DNA of 63,589 nt, counting the filler, from Kipferlia bialata (Eukaryota): the NCBI GenBank assembly GCA_003568945.1. It is 4 parts of 4 records of this genome, joined end to end, with 100 filler letters (N's around TTAATTAATTAA, not from the genome) between each part and the next. Parts side by side here need not be neighbours in the genome. Positions count along the whole stretch, not along the records: positions 41,096 to 61,512 come from BDIP01000375.1; positions 61,613 to 63,589 come from BDIP01000516.1; 2 more parts are not named here. The stretch is one strand, 5' to 3'. Of this stretch, positions 50,101 to 63,340 are shown piece by piece. The notes beneath the pieces are model-generated. The model did not search any database. It was not told where the DNA came from and saw nothing but the letters and a program-made list of their open reading frames with translations. The translations under genes and the position numbers were made by a program. Every line of letters begins with the position of its first letter. Position 1 is the stretch's first letter.

Positions 50101-53100
50101 CACCCCCAGCTGTCGATGGCCTCTGTCCCCGTGGCACACTCCCTGGGACACTCTATGGGCCACTCTATGGGTAGGATGTCTGCGCACTCTCTGGCCCCCA
50201 CCACCCATGCCCTGGGCGTGTCAGGCATGTCGACCCCCTTCGACACGGCCAGGGACATGGAGAGTGTGGGGGGGTCCCACGTGCTGTCCCAGCCGGGGTC
50301 CATGCTGTCCCCTCCCATGCACCAGACACAGGCCAGGACCGGCCAGCCCCACCCCTCGCACCCAGCCCACCAGTCCCTGTCTATGCACTCAATGCAGTCT
50401 ATGCACTCAGCCCCCCATTCACAGAGGGGCAGCTATGACGAGGCATACCGGTCAGCTGCGCCTGGGTATCAGTCCGGGGCCTATCCTGACCCTGACCCAC
50501 GGTCTGTGTCTGGGATGGGGGGGGACAGGGCCTACTCTCTCTCCCTCAGCCAGCACCCCGTGTCGCTGCCCCACTCTGCCCCCCACTCCCTGGCCGAGTC
50601 GCTGCAACAGGCCGAGGAGTCTGTCCAGCAGATGGAGCAGTCCCAGCACATGCAGCACATGTCCAGCAGCCTCAGGGCAGGGTCTGCCCTGTCCCGCACA
50701 GGGAGTGTGCACATGGACATGGACCCCAGGGGCAGACAGGGGGGGCCCTCCACCCCGCCCCTCTCCCACACAGACCTCCACTCCTTGGGGGATGCTCCTC
50801 TCAAGGCGGCCATCGGAGGTGAGTGATGTATATGTCTGTATTGCATCATCAGATGGTATATATGTGTGTGATGTCATTGCTCCCCCTCCCTAGTCCCGTC
50901 TGTATCTTCTAACGAGCAGGGTCCCACCCCATCATCGGGTACATCAAGTACCTCTTCCCCTCCTATGGCAAGGCCTTTGTCGTGTTCCCAGACCTCTGTC
51001 GCACCGACTCATTGGCCTGGTCCTGCGCTGTCTGGCACTTTGAGCCAGGTGTGGTGCCGTCGGATGCGGCATGTGGCCAGTCCGTTGTGTTTGTGCCTGT
51101 GTCTGTGGCCCAGGGCAGTGCGGTGTACCACGCCACCAGGGTCCGTGTGCTGGGCCCCACCTCGCTCCACTCTACAGGCCATGCCACCCTGGAGGCCGAT
51201 GTGTACTGGCAGGAGACAAGGGCAAAGGCACAGGGCGAGTATGGGTTCGCCAGGCTGCAGACCGGGCACGAGCGGTACTTCTACCTGTCCCAGCCCAAGA
51301 ACATCCTCAACAGCCTGATAGCAGTCACCCTGCCGGCCCAGTCTGACCACCAGGTATCACTGTCAGTTATGTATTATATACCAATATATCATATACTGAT
51401 ACTGCCCAGTCTCACTACCTGGTAGGGTGTGTGTGTGTAGTATGGTTGGCCGATGTGCTTGGGTGTCTCTCTCTCGGCCATCTCCTCTGTTCATCTCTGA
51501 CCGTCTTCCTCCTCTCACCTCCAGCCCCGAGGCGGCCACCAGAGCTCTGCCTCGCACCCCGACTCCTGTGTCATCCAGAGGGTCGTGGCCCCAGGCCTCC
51601 CCCCTCACAGGTGGGTCAGCGGCAGGTTCGTGGGGCTGTGCGACCCCTCTCCCCACTCTGCCGCCCACCGTCTGCTGGGCCAGTCCTTCAGGCACAGGGT
51701 GCAGAGGGAGACCGGGGTGCGGTTCGACACTGTGCCTCTGACCGGGTTCCTCATAGTGGAGCAGGCTCAGGAGTCCTTTGTGGACGTGATATTCTTCAGG
51801 GCTCTGGTACGTGCAAGTCTTCTTATTGTGTGTTATATCTGAACCCTCTCTGGCATGGTCTGACCCCCAGCTCCCCCCTCCCCTGCAGCGTGCCCTGGTG
51901 CATATGGCCAAGAGGGCAACAGGGGCCCTCAGACTGAGTGTGTGCCTCAGAGATGGGGCCCAGCAGAGGCCAGTGGACGTCGCAGTGCCCAGGTAAGTGT
52001 AGCAGTAGTGGGAGTGACCCACTTCCTCCTCTTTGACAAGTGCATATACTGGTATGTATCTTCAACCCCCTGATGGCTAGGTCTGATAGGGAACGTGGCA
52101 GGTCTCTGTCCATATACGCTGCTGAGTCTGTGCTCCTGTCTGCCGAGCGGTACACAGGCACCCTGGTCAGACTGCAGCATCGTGATGTCATCGGCCTGAG
52201 GCCCAGCGGGGTGTTCTACCAGACATACGGGCCCTACTTAGTCGACGGATCCAACAGGTATATTCGTGTATGTGTATTATTGTAATATTCAGATTCAACA
52301 ATGGTATTTTACATTCATCGACTGCCCCCCCAACCCCAGCCTGGTGTACATCCCTAGGCCCCTTCTCTTCACAGAAGAGAGGCTCCTGCGGGAGGGCGAG
52401 ACATACAGCTTCAACGTCTTCTTCACCTGGGGCAACAAGCGCCACGTGTTCAGACCCGAGGCATCCAACATCTGCCTCCACCCCCCTACCCGATACTCGG
52501 CACCCGTGCTGGGCAGGCTGTCGTGCCACGACAGGCAGAACCCCTGCAGCCCGTGCTTCTTCTCTAGCATGGCAGACCCAACGGCACTGTCGGGGATAGG
52601 GCCAGACGTGGCGTCGGTGCTGTGCCGGGCATACTCCCTACAGGAGGCACGCGGGGTGTTCTATTGTCCGTCTGACACCCTGGCCCAGCTGCAGGCGTCC
52701 ATCCTGCAGGGTGTGCAGGCCCAGGCCCCCAAGGACTGGGACACACTGGACATCACGCGGTGCAGCCAGGTACCGGTGTGTATATATATGGTACCCTTAC
52801 ATCCACTCTAGTTTCCCATTGGTTCACTACACTCTCTTCCTACACTGTATTATATACATTCTATGTGGGACATTGAATGATCTGCATTTGTATTGCTCTG
52901 CATGTGATCCTGACCTGCCAGGCTCTGATGCGTGCTGTCCGTACCCATGGGTGGCCTGTGTCCCTGCAGGTGGCCTCGGCCATGTTAGTGTCCCCTGTCA
53001 GGGTGGGCCTCTCCCTCCCCAAGCGGCCCTTGTGTTGGGTCCAGGCTGCTGTGGGGCTGGGAGTGCCCCCAGAGGCCGTGGGGCAGTTTGTGCTCTCCTA

Positions 53101-53188
53101 CCACCCCGAGGCCCAGGTCCAGACCCTCGCCAGAGAGGCCCACTCGGCAGGCATCGCCTTCCCCCGCACACGCCGCAACCTTAACTGA
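47146..53188 (+). CDS. Large multi-exon hypothetical protein: Met/His/Ser-rich low-complexity middle and several cold-shock/OB-fold-like C-terminal domains
   Basis: ORFs 47558-48334, 48391-50007, 50035-50826, 50982-51353, 52266-52770 and 52922-53188; CSD-like motifs IIGYIKYLFPSYGKAFVV and EYGFARLQTGHERYFYLSQ; LREGETYSFNV...EASNI. Confidence 0.6.
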
Positions 53189-53387
53189 GCCCTATCGATA
53201 TAGTGTGAGGAGAGGGCCGGCGATTTCAGTAGTATTGACAATGAGATGATGATAGGAATTGATGATTGTGCCTGCAGTCACAAGGGGACACTGGCACCCA
53301 GTATTTAGCAATTGAATAGTTATGAATAGTAAATTATGTGTATCGTTAATAGTGTATCATCAACCGAACGGTCTGATCTTGGCCTCT

Positions 53388-53861
53388 CTATGTCAACACG
53401 TCTCCCATACACTCCAATACATCAGCCATACAATGCTCCCACCCAACTGAGCCTGTAACTATACTCTCAATTGTGAAATCCGCGATCCCTGGGAGGCCAA
53501 TTGTCACAAGTAAGTCATTGAGCAGAACCCAGGCAGAGACTGACTCACCATGACCAGAGAATCGTGTGCAAGCTTCGTACACACCAGTAGTATCATCCCC
53601 CAAAGAGTGACTAACGAACTCTCTGAGCAGACGAAGCAGACACTCACCGTCTCTAAGACTCAGCAGGCACAGGTGGATGTCGGCCTCTGATCCCTCTGCA
53701 TGGGAGACTGATCGTATGACCAGCCGGGCCCTGTACGACAGGGACAGGGCTGGGATCTGGAGGAGGGGAGCAACACTCTTCATCTTCATCTCTTCGCATG
53801 ACGCCTGAGATGGACCTGGTATCAGTCTCCACTCTTCAGCTGACAATACCAATCGACGCAT
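53388..53861 (-). CDS. Hypothetical protein (157 aa)
   Basis: Single ORF with globular-like composition; no recognised motif. Confidence 0.45.
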   Translation of the reverse strand: MRRLVLSAEEWRLIPGPSQASCEEMKMKSVAPLLQIPALSLSYRARLVIRSVSHAEGSEADIHLCLLSLRDGECLLRLLREFVSHSLGDDTTGVYEACTRFSGHGESVSAWVLLNDLLVTIGLPGIADFTIESIVTGSVGWEHCMADVLECMGDVLT

Positions 53862-54136
53862 AGCAATACATTACCTAACATCGCTGAGTGCATGGGAGAG
53901 AGAGACTCTGGTTGAGACCCATAGAGTGAAGGACGAGCCATGTGTACTGTCAGTGGACAGTTGCGAGACGAAACAGGCTTGTATCTGAGACTATGATTCA
54001 TTATAATCTGTCTCCATCCAGCTCGACTTCCAACACTGTGTCCTTAACAGTGATGAAGAAGACAAAATCTCTATTGATGTGTCTGGTGACACTGCTTGAG
54101 GGTGCAGCATGCTATCAGAACAACAGCTGATGACAG

Positions 54137-54610
54137 TCAAACCCCGTCTGCAAGTAACTGGGCACGGTACTGAATGGCCAGAACCACAATTCTGTCCGGA
54201 TCCACACTGAGGTCGAGTCCCTCTCGCCTAGCCCTCTCCAGTATAGTGGTCAGAACCTCATCATCAATGTCCCCCATGTCTCGCTGGTCGGAGAAGTACT
54301 TGGTTAGGGCATCTCTGAACGGAGCCAGGTCCAGTTGTCTCCCTGAGGATGTCTGCCGGTGGGGCTTGATCTGATTGTGCTGACGTGACCGATTGAGTGA
54401 GGTGGTCAACTGTTGGAGCTCGTTCTCCACACCGGACATCCTTTGCACAAAGTAACAGGACAGCTGATCAAAGTTCTTAGACACTTGATAGAGCGTCTCC
54501 TTCACAAAGGTGATGTCATCTGTCAGACGTGGCACGAGAGACACCAGAAGGTCAACCTTCTTCTCTATGCTCAAGAGGCTGAGGGCATCACTGCTGGAGT
54601 CCGGCTGCAT
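54137..54610 (-). CDS. Hypothetical coiled-coil protein (157 aa)
   Basis: ATG-initiated ORF with a heptad pattern (LLSIEKKVDLL...MSGVENELQQL). Confidence 0.55.
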   Translation of the reverse strand: MQPDSSSDALSLLSIEKKVDLLVSLVPRLTDDITFVKETLYQVSKNFDQLSCYFVQRMSGVENELQQLTTSLNRSRQHNQIKPHRQTSSGRQLDLAPFRDALTKYFSDQRDMGDIDDEVLTTILERARREGLDLSVDPDRIVVLAIQYRAQLLADGV

Positions 54611-54821
54611 GACAATGATAGCAAGGGTTCAGGCTGAAGAGGTGTTAAGAGCAGACAACAAGGGCCTCTGGTATATGCGAGGGCAAGTTGTGTAGATAAG
54701 CGTGTAGAGCAGGTGTGTGAGCTGAAGGTCTACTGGTCTACACCCTTATGTTCTCTCGCAAAAACAATGCCTGACACATCCGAAGATATGTCGGTATCGA
54801 TGTCGTTCTTTCGCTGCTCTG

Positions 54822-55515
54822 ATGTCTGTCTCAGCCAGTGAGATTCTCAAAGCGCAGGCTGCCAAGAGGTACTGCTTTTCTTTTGTTTTTAGTGCTTTTA
54901 TCTTGTTCTTGCGCAGTATTAGTGTCTTGTCTCATCAGTAGGCAGTCTTCTGCCATTCCAGAGAGGACAGACGATCTTGACTACGACATTGGCAACCTGA
55001 TTGCATACGACAGTCACCCACTGCTGAGGAAGAAGGGAGAGAGCATGGAGGACTCACTTAATGCCTCTTCCCTCGAGTTGGGCCAGTTCCTGCTCAGCAA
55101 GCTGATTGCTCTTCCAGCCGTCCCCACTCCTATCGGAGTGACTGTTCGCATTCCCGTGAGCAATGCTCTCCCCAGAGAGAAGCCAGTTCCTCGTGCCAAG
55201 CCCAAGAGTAGATGGGAGGAGTTTGCCCAGGAGAAGGGAATCCAGCGTGACAGGAAGAGAGAGAGACAGGTGTATGATGAGAAGAGTGGGGAGTGGAAGG
55301 AGAGGTGGGGCAAGAACAGGAGGACAGACAACACACAGGAGTTTGATCCCGTGATTGTTGCCAAGGCTGGTGTCAACGACTTTGAGGGTGCCCCCGACCC
55401 GTTCCAGGCAGAGCGCAAGGCCAAGAAGGACAGAGTCAAGAAGAACAAGAGTCAGCAGATCGCCAATGAGCGCAGGGCCAAGCGCACCAAGCATGACGAC
55501 TGGAAGAGCAGATAG
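54822..55515 (+). CDS. RRS1: Ribosome biogenesis regulatory protein RRS1
   Basis: YDIGNLIAYD...QFLLSKLIALP...LPREKPVPRAKPKSRWEEFAQEKGI...VYDEKSGEWKERWG; ATG at 54822 with one 5' intron. Confidence 0.93.
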
Positions 55516-55950
55516 GTCTAACCTTGGGTTCCATTGTGTATCTCTTTACGTTGTTTCACAAATAGCATAATATAATAATAGATAGTTCGTGATTATTGAC
55601 TGTATTTCAGGTTAAAAGGTGTCCTCTTCTCAGGGACGTGTATAGAGATTAGTTATGCCACTCACATATCATGTTTACCCAGCTAGCATTTAGTGGTGCA
55701 AAAGATACGTGAACTTGTTGGCCAAAATATAAGTTTTCACACCCCTGTATTCAACCCAGGCATCATATATTAATATACCCTTGTTTTCCACCATGACTGC
55801 TGCCAGGAGCGCACCTGCTGTTGTATCATTGCAATCAGACACAACAATGGCGATATTAGGAATAAGCTTAGTTTGAGAATAAAACATTTTTACCAGGATT
55901 TGTACAGAGGTAGATAGTCCAAATTCCTGTGTCTTCACCACTGGTATTCA

Positions 55951-56738
55951 ATGGTGTCAGCGTCAACTCTGGCTCTTATTGACCAGATTGGCCGTAAGAA
56001 GGGTCTGTCGCACAGGCAGCGCCGCGCTATCCAGGTACTTATGTATGTATAACACCCTGAATGCTTCTATCAGTTGTTTATCCCAGGTTGGAGCAGAGCA
56101 GGGGAGACTACCTCATGCTCTCCCTGCAAGGGTTAGTGCGCCAGCAAGCAAGGAGGTCTGTCCTTACGCCCCCCCTCCCCGTAAGAGTGGTTACCGAAGG
56201 AGAACAGAAGAAGAGATAAAGCAGGCCACCAACAACTATGAGGTCCAAGGTGATTGAAGAGACGTACCCCAGCTCCATATCGGTACAATATCCATTGTTT
56301 TGTAGGTTCTTGAGCATCCGTGTCTGTTCCACCCTGTCATAATGCGTGAGATTCACCCCAGAGTTCATTCCTACTCACTCCGTCAACATGACAGCAGCGA
56401 AAGTAGCGTATCAGGATCAGCTGGACAGTAGGGCTATGGCGGAGATTCACTTTGCTGGCCGTAATAGCAAGAAGGGAAGCCAGGAGCAAGTGCCCACATC
56501 CAGGGTTGGACCTGAGACAGAGATCTCTATAGTGCTTGACGGGATCAAGGAGAGATTGGACTTCCTTTCTGAGATGAAAGCCATGAGGCGTGGTGACATT
56601 AGAGAGCTAGACGCTGTAAGGGCAGAGCTAAGTTCCTTAGTTCGCCGCATCCGACATGTGGATACTTCTGAGTGTTTGAGTCTGCGTCGTCAGGTAAAAG
56701 CTGTTCTGAGTGGACCAACGGGAAACCCTAAGAGGTAG
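55951..56738 (+). CDS. UPF0193 (EVG1/C22orf23-like) protein, multi-exon
   Basis: MVSASTLALIDQIGRKKGLSHRQRRAIQ...RRTEEEIKQATNNYE...IKERLDFLSEMKAM...VRAELSSLVRRIRHVD resembles the UPF0193 pattern EIxERxxFLxxM...IxxEIS. Confidence 0.7.
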
Positions 56739-57030
56739 TAGCTTAAGGTGTCGCGATTAGAATATATGCTCAAGATTCACAACACTTTGTTGCTCTGTTA
56801 TTAATATGTTGTGAGACTCTGTAGCGACTCAGCCTGAGTCCATATTTGACAATTATCGTGTAGGAAGAACTATTTCGAAAATTTGTAGGTATTTTTGGAA
56901 ATAGAATGGTTCATATGAAACTTGCAAATGGAGCATATCTTCGGCTGTCGGATTATCGGATTTTCCCTCTCACGTCGACGCAGAGCAGAGATGCAAGACT
57001 CACTGTTGTTTTCTTCGCAAGACACTAGAA

Positions 57031-57954
57031 ATGGCTTTTGTCAAGGTTGCCGGTGCTTTCGTCAAGGTCCAGAAGAACAAGGCCTACTTCAAGAGGTACC
57101 AGACCAAGTTCAGACGCAGAAGAGAGGGACGTACCGACTACTATGCCCGCAAGCGTCTTGTCACCCAGGCCAAGAACAAGTACAACATGCCCAAGTACAG
57201 ACTTGTTGTTCGCCGCACCAACAAGGACGTGATCGCCCAGATCATCTTCTCCACCCTCGACCACGATGAGGTGTTCTGTGCCGCTTACGCCCACGAGCTC
57301 CCTTCCTACGGCCTCTCTGTTGGTCTCACCAACTACGCTTCCTGCTACTGCACTGGACTCCTCCTTGCCCGCAGGGTTCTTGCCAAGCTCGCTGAGCAGA
57401 CCGGCAAGCCCCTCAACGAGCTCTACCCCGGAGTTGAGGAGGTCACTGGAGAGTACTTCAAGGTTGAGGAGGCCGAGGACGCCCCCGCTCCTTTCACTTG
57501 CTTCCTTGACATCGGTCTCGCCCGTGCCACCCGTGGTGCTCGTGTGTTCTCTGTCATGAAGGGTGCCATCGACGGTGGCCTCTCCATCCCCCACTCCATG
57601 AAGCGCTTCCCCGGTTACGACGACGAGGAGAAGGAGTTCAGCGCCCCCGAGGCTCTCCGTGACCGTCTCTTCGGACAGCACGTGGCTGAGTCCATGCAGT
57701 ACCTCCAGGAGAACGACAAGGAGGCCTACGAGAAGCGCTTCAGCCAGTACATCAAGGCTGGAATCGCCCCCGAGGACCTTGAGGCTCTCTACGAGTCTGT
57801 GCACGCCTCCATCAGGGAGAACCCCAACCGTGCCAAGCCCGAGAAGAAGAACTCCCAGGGAGGCAACAAGCGCCGTGCCAAGAACTCTCTTGCTCACCGC
57901 CAGGCCCGCCTTGAGCAGAAGCGCGCTTCCCTCGCTTACCGCCTTGCCCAGTAA
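57031..57954 (+). CDS. RPL5: 60S ribosomal protein L5 (uL18), intronless
   Basis: [52 protein letters not shown]...[18 protein letters not shown]...[17 protein letters not shown]; strong codon bias. Confidence 0.99.
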   Translation: MAFVKVAGAFVKVQKNKAYFKRYQTKFRRRREGRTDYYARKRLVTQAKNKYNMPKYRLVVRRTNKDVIAQIIFSTLDHDEVFCAAYAHELPSYGLSVGLTNYASCYCTGLLLARRVLAKLAEQTGKPLNELYPGVEEVTGEYFKVEEAEDAPAPFTCFLDIGLARATRGARVFSVMKGAIDGGLSIPHSMKRFPGYDDEEKEFSAPEALRDRLFGQHVAESMQYLQENDKEAYEKRFSQYIKAGIAPEDLEALYESVHASIRENPNRAKPEKKNSQGGNKRRAKNSLAHRQARLEQKRASLAYRLAQ

Positions 57955-58219
57955 ATAGATTGCTGAGTGGATTGACTCTATGGTGGTTAAGTTATATAGT
58001 GTTTCATCAGACTTGTTGAGTCCGTGAAGCGTATTAGACATGTATTTGAAGGTTTGAAGAAGATTTGTAGGCAAACCCACAAGCATTTAGGTGGCGAGTC
58101 TCCCCGAGCGAAGCGAAAGGGAACACGTACCCCACCGAGTGCTTCAATACCAATACCAATTATACTAATAGAGTATGTTATTATACTAAACATACAGCCT
58201 GTCCATGTTCTATTGCTGC

Positions 58220-58811
58220 CTAAAGGAGGGCAAGGTAGGCCGAGGGGTAAATATAGCTGTTTGTCTGAGACTGACGTGGAATGGAAGAGGGAATGTGGTG
58301 GATGATGCAGCTCTCAGACGAGGAGATGCCGCATGTGACCCGCCTGCCCGCTGTGTACGGGGCTCCCTTGTGACCCTCGACCGTGGCCACAACCAGATCC
58401 ACCCCCATCCCAGGGGTGGGGCCTGTGGTGGCGATGAACACAAGACTGGAGGTGCGAGTGAGGGTCTTGGTGTGAGTCACGACCCCAGTGATATTGCGGC
58501 GCTGGGCAAGGGCCGAGAGCTTGTGCACAATCTCGAGGTCCTTGCCCTGGAAGGCCAGGTCTCCTGTGTTGTGGACAAGGGACCTCTGGACCCCGCTGTC
58601 GTGGCCCACAAAGGTGACCACGTCGCCATACCCGGCAGAACTGTCGGCAAGAGCCTGTGGGACCCGCACCTCATGACCCTCCTGGGTACGCACGTACAAG
58701 GCGGCGTCAGCACCAGCACTGGCAGCAGAGTAGATGTTGCCCTGATACCGGTCTCCCTCCCTGGAATTAGAATATAACAACATGGAAACCACCCCAACTG
58801 TCCAACCCCAA

Positions 58812-58845
<34 letters not shown>

Positions 58846-61512
58846 TTGTGTACCTGAAGACATCCCAGCCCTGCACGTGCAGCCGCTGCACCATGTTGAC
58901 CTGCTCAATCTCCTGGGAGCTGAACCTGACGCGCAGGGTGACGAGGGACCTGACCTTGAGGCTGCTGCGACCAGCGGCAGTCACCCCATCAGCCCTGATG
59001 GGCAGGGGCTTCTCGGCACAGTTGAGGTTGGGGCAGACGTCCTCTAGGATGGGGATGTCACGCAGGTCGGCGTTGACGGGGATGCACGCCCTGGGGATGG
59101 GGGCATTGAACCACACCGACATGGCCAGCACCCCATCGGCGGTGTGGGATGCAATGTAGGCCACAGACCTCACCACCCGAGTCTGGGTGCGCTGAGACAC
59201 ATATGTGTCCACAAAGTGGTACCTGACGTACCCCACGTTGGGCAGGGGGTAGGCGTCGGGGGATGCCACCACCTGGGGGAAGGCAAGGGCCTTGGGGGCG
59301 GCCTGGACCCTCTCCTTCTCCTTGGCCAGTAGCCGCAGCGCATCCTTCTCCCGCTCCCTCTCCTCCACCTGTCTCTGCCTGGCCAGCTCTCTCTCAGCGT
59401 TGGCCTTGGCCACTCTCTCTCTGTCTGCCTCATCGGCCAGCCTCTGCCTCTCCTTCACGGCCCTCTTCTCATCGTCTGCCTCCCGCTTCCTCCGCAGCGT
59501 CTCCTTCTCCTGTCCTCCCCTGGTGCTCTCTAACAGCTCGCGAGCACGTCTCTCTCTCTCGCGGTCCCGCTCTCTGAGGCGCTCCTTCTTCTCCTTGGCC
59601 ATAATGTCGCGCTTCCTCTCTGCCTCAGTCTCTCTGGCCCTGACGGCAGCAGACACGTCAGGGGAGGGCAGCACAATGCCCTTGGTGGACACGTCATCGG
59701 AGTCGGGGTGCCCTGGGGGGAGCACGGTGGTCACAAAGCCCTCAGGAACGGGGGGGGCCTGGCGAGTGGAGAGGTCTGCAGACACGGGTCTGGCAGGAGA
59801 GGATACGGCGGACTGCCTCCCTGTTGACTTTGCCACGGATGGGGCCTTGGGGGCAGGCTTGGGCCTGGACACCCTGTCTGTGTCAGTGTTGGATATGGGT
59901 GTGAACTCAATGGCCACCCCTGGCAGAGAGGGCCCCAGGGACATGTCCATGCCGCTAGTAGTAGTGGAGGGGGGCAGGCCACCCTCAGTTGGGCCGTACA
60001 GGGGTGGAAGACTGCCCGGCATAGAGAGACTGAGGTGGGGGTCGGGTCCTGCCAGTGCATATGGAGAACTCACGGTGCTTGGGATGTTGGGGGAGAAACC
60101 TGTGGCCGGGTGTGAGTAGCCAGCCTTGGGCTGGGAGCTGTCTCTCTCTCTGTGGGCATTGAATGCGTCGCTGATGGCGCTCTCTCTCTCCATCTCGCGT
60201 GCCTTCCTGGCCTCGTCCAGGCCTGCCTGTCTCTCGCTCTTCTCCCTCTCTCTGTTGGCCTTGTCCACCCGGGCCAGAGCCTGCTCCCTCTCGGCCATAT
60301 CCTTGGCCTGCCGCTGCTGCTCCTGCTCGGCAGCTAGCCTCATGGCAGCCTCTGAGGCCCCGCTGTCCTCCACAGAGGACTCCTCCACATCATCCACATC
60401 CTCTGCCTCTGCCTCTGCCTCCATGGAGCCTATAGGCATGGAGGCCAGGGGCAGGGTGTCGACACAGGGGTCCAGGCCCAGCCCTAGGTCCCCCCCCATG
60501 CCCATGTCCATGTGGAGGGAGTCGAGGCCGGACTCGGGGTCGAAGAAGGAGGACAGGGACGAGTGGCCCATGGCGTCTGACCCCAGGCCATACCCCATGC
60601 CCAGGCCCCCTCCCATGGCCATGCCGTTCAGCCCGTTCAGGTCTCCCATGTGCATGCCCTGTGACATCATGTCTCCCATGTGCTGGTGGCCTGTGTCATG
60701 GCCGGGTAGGCCCTCCAGGGCCCTGCCCATGTCCTCTGAGGCCATGCCGCCCATGCCCTGGATGGACATCAGGTCCAGGTCCATGGCCAGGGGCGGGGCA
60801 GGGGCAGTGTCGGGGGACACAGACACCTGGGACGAGGTCTCAGGCACCTCAAGCGTAGTCTGCACCCCCAGCTCGCCCTCTCCTGACACTGACACTGACA
60901 CTGGGGGGATGGGCGCAGAGGCAGGGCCAGTGGCGGGCAGGGTGTCCTGTCCTGGCTGGAGGGACTGGAGGGAGGCGTCTGGCTTGGCATCCTGCTGTGC
61001 AGTGTCGGACCCCGACTGATACTGATACCCAGTCACACCCATCTCAGGGAGAGGGGCGAAGAAACCACGGCCAACGTCGGCACCCAAGTCAATAGGATGC
61101 ATAGGGAAGAGGGAGTCTGCAAGCGGAGAACCGGCGTCTAGAGAGGGGAGAGAGGGGAGAGACATGGGCAGCCCCCCAGGAACAGCATTATCAGACTCAC
61201 TTGGCAGCTTGGTGGGTGCCTTAGCTGGCACCTGGGGGATGGTAAGACCAGTATCAACTGCACTGCTCACGGAGGGAAGCTCACCGTCGCTGACGCTGTC
61301 GTTGTCTGCCACTGGCCCCTGGTCACGGGGGTCAGTGAGGGTCTGAGACAGGTCAGGCCCGTGGTGTATGGGAGGGGGGACGGAAAGACACCCGGCAAGA
61401 GGCGGGATATCACTGTCCCCTGTGGTAGTGACAGGGTGGGGGAGTGGGGGGAGGGAGCCCCCCAGGGCAGGGGGCATCACAAGACCTGGGGCGGCACTGG
61501 GGAGAGTGGCTC
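58220..61512 (-). CDS. Large hypothetical protein, 5'-partial: Pro/Met/Gly low-complexity region, charged coiled coil, C-terminal OB-fold-like beta domains
   Basis: 1086-codon open frame (includes one in-frame intron at ~58772-58852); C-terminal RYQGNIYSA...EVRVP...GYGDVVTF and ITGVVTH...GRRVTC. Confidence 0.7.
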
Positions 61513-61612
61513 NNNNNNNNNNNNNNNNNNNNNNNNNNNNNNNNNNNNNNNNNNNNTTAATTAATTAANNNNNNNNNNNNNNNNNNNNNNNNNNNNNNNN
61601 NNNNNNNNNNNN
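61513..61612. other. Artificial scaffold-joining spacer
   Basis: 44N-TTAATTAATTAA-44N. Confidence 0.97.
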
Positions 61613-61626
61613 GGGGGGGGGGGGGG

Positions 61627-61663
<37 letters not shown>

Positions 61664-61726
61664 CTATGCACATATTTGTATCCTTTACATGTATGTACAT
61701 ACATGACCATCGATCTGCTCCCTACC

Positions 61727-63340
61727 TAGTCTCCGGCTGATTGAATATGTGTACGTGCTCTGTCTCCTCAGGGGCGGCCTCCTCCTCACCCTCCTCCGTC
61801 TCTGCCTCAGTGTATCTAGGGGGTGAGGGGGAGAGACTTATACATATATACACACACATACACTCATACTCATACATATACCCACCTCCCGTCATGGAAC
61901 TCCACCGGTGTGAATCCCTCCACGGGCAGTGTCAGAGATAGGTTGACAGACAGAGACGCTAGGGGGCCAGGCAGAGAGGTGATGGCCTCAGGCAGGTTGA
62001 GAAGGCCCTGGGGGTGAGGAGGGTGCACCATGTATGATGATGCTTAGGACCCTACTCTCATAGTCATACCTCTGTGGTGAATGTGGCCACTGACCCACTC
62101 TCCCTCTCCTCCCTACCACCGTAGAACAGATCATCCTCAGCCACACGCACTCTGGGGTGGGGGATGGGCGACACATTAGTGTAGAGTATACCAATGGTGA
62201 GGATCATACATGTAGAGAGAGAGACAGTGCTCCGCATGAACATCCAAATATATCCATGTCTTTGTACCTCACTGTGACTGTGGGTGTCTTTGTCTCCTCC
62301 CCCTCGGCTGGGGTTGTGAAGAGGTCGGGCAGGCGGGTGTCTGCCTCTCCCGGGGCTATATCCAGCGACACAGTCTGCTCTACACACTCCTGGGGTCAGG
62401 GATACTGCAGTACTATACTCCATCTCTCTCTCTATTCATACATATACACAAACCACCCACCTTGCCCATCTCTGTCACGAAGGAGGACATGTCCACGAGG
62501 CCCCTGGCTACCTAGAGGGTGAGGGTAGAGAGGGGGTGTTGAAGGTGTGAGCACATGACCGTCGCTATATACTATCACTCCCAACAAGTACCTGCACCAG
62601 AGCTGCCTCCGATGGCACTATGGGTCCACCCTTAGCAGGTGCCTTAGCCTTGGCGGCCTTGCCCTGCAGAGTGAGGGGGGGGGGGAGATAGAGATGGACA
62701 GTATATAGGTACTACACAGTGCCACATGCATGTATATGTGTATGTATGTTTACCACCGACCTTAGTGCTTGGTGGCATCATTGCGTATAGGGCCACCTCT
62801 AGGGGAGTGGATAGGAAGGAGTCAGGGGCAGAGGCAGACCTGGGGGTGGGATGCATGGTGACTATATGCAGAGAGAGATAGAGCGAGTGGACTATATAGA
62901 AAGGACTGTATGGTGTGAGTGGGAGACAGATAGAGTTCGTATGTATATATAGTAAGACAGTGTAGTGATACTATACACACCTGAACGATGGTGTGAGTGA
63001 CACTGGTGCCGACAGAGCCTGGGTGTCCTTCTCCAGAGATGCCTAGGGGTAAGGACATTGGTCCTGTATGACTGGGTATATATCACACACATGTACCTCT
63101 GCGTCTGTGAGTGACTGGAACAGGGCACTGGGTGCCACATCTGCTGTGGGCTCAACCCACGGGAGGGAGGGGGGGACCAGGGCAGAAGCAGAGTCTGGGA
63201 TCAGATGTAGAAGGATAGGGGAGAGGGATAAGTATAATACCATATGCACATACCCTGGTATCTCACAACCACAAATGTGGGAACTGAGAGGCCGTCCACA
63301 GTCTGGGGCAGACGGGAGGCAGAGAGCACGTCGACATCTG
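61727..63340 (-). CDS. Internal exons of a hypothetical multi-exon gene (both ends missing)
   Basis: Series of short exons with ccccAG acceptors and GT donors on the minus strand (e.g. VRVAEDDLFYGGREERESGSVATFTTE; GLLNLPEAITSLPGPLASLSVNLSLTLPVEGFTPVEFHDG). Confidence 0.5.

Noticed and set aside
54822..57954. RRS1 and RPL5 (both act in 5S RNP incorporation) lie within ~1.5 kb of each other
   Set aside because: Functionally suggestive, but an unrelated UPF0193 gene intervenes and one instance cannot be distinguished from chance without synteny data.
57025..58086. 353-aa antisense ORF over RPL5 (and similar long antisense ORFs over other GC-rich exons)
   Set aside because: Shadow ORF caused by strong codon bias of the sense gene; no recognisable protein features.
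20449..61612. TTAATTAATTAA motif in N-runs recurring every ~20.5 kb
   Set aside because: Artificial six-frame-stop spacer. The flanked pieces are 20448, 20447 and 20417 nt, consistent with length-sorted scaffolds being concatenated, not biological periodicity or piggyBac TTAA sites.
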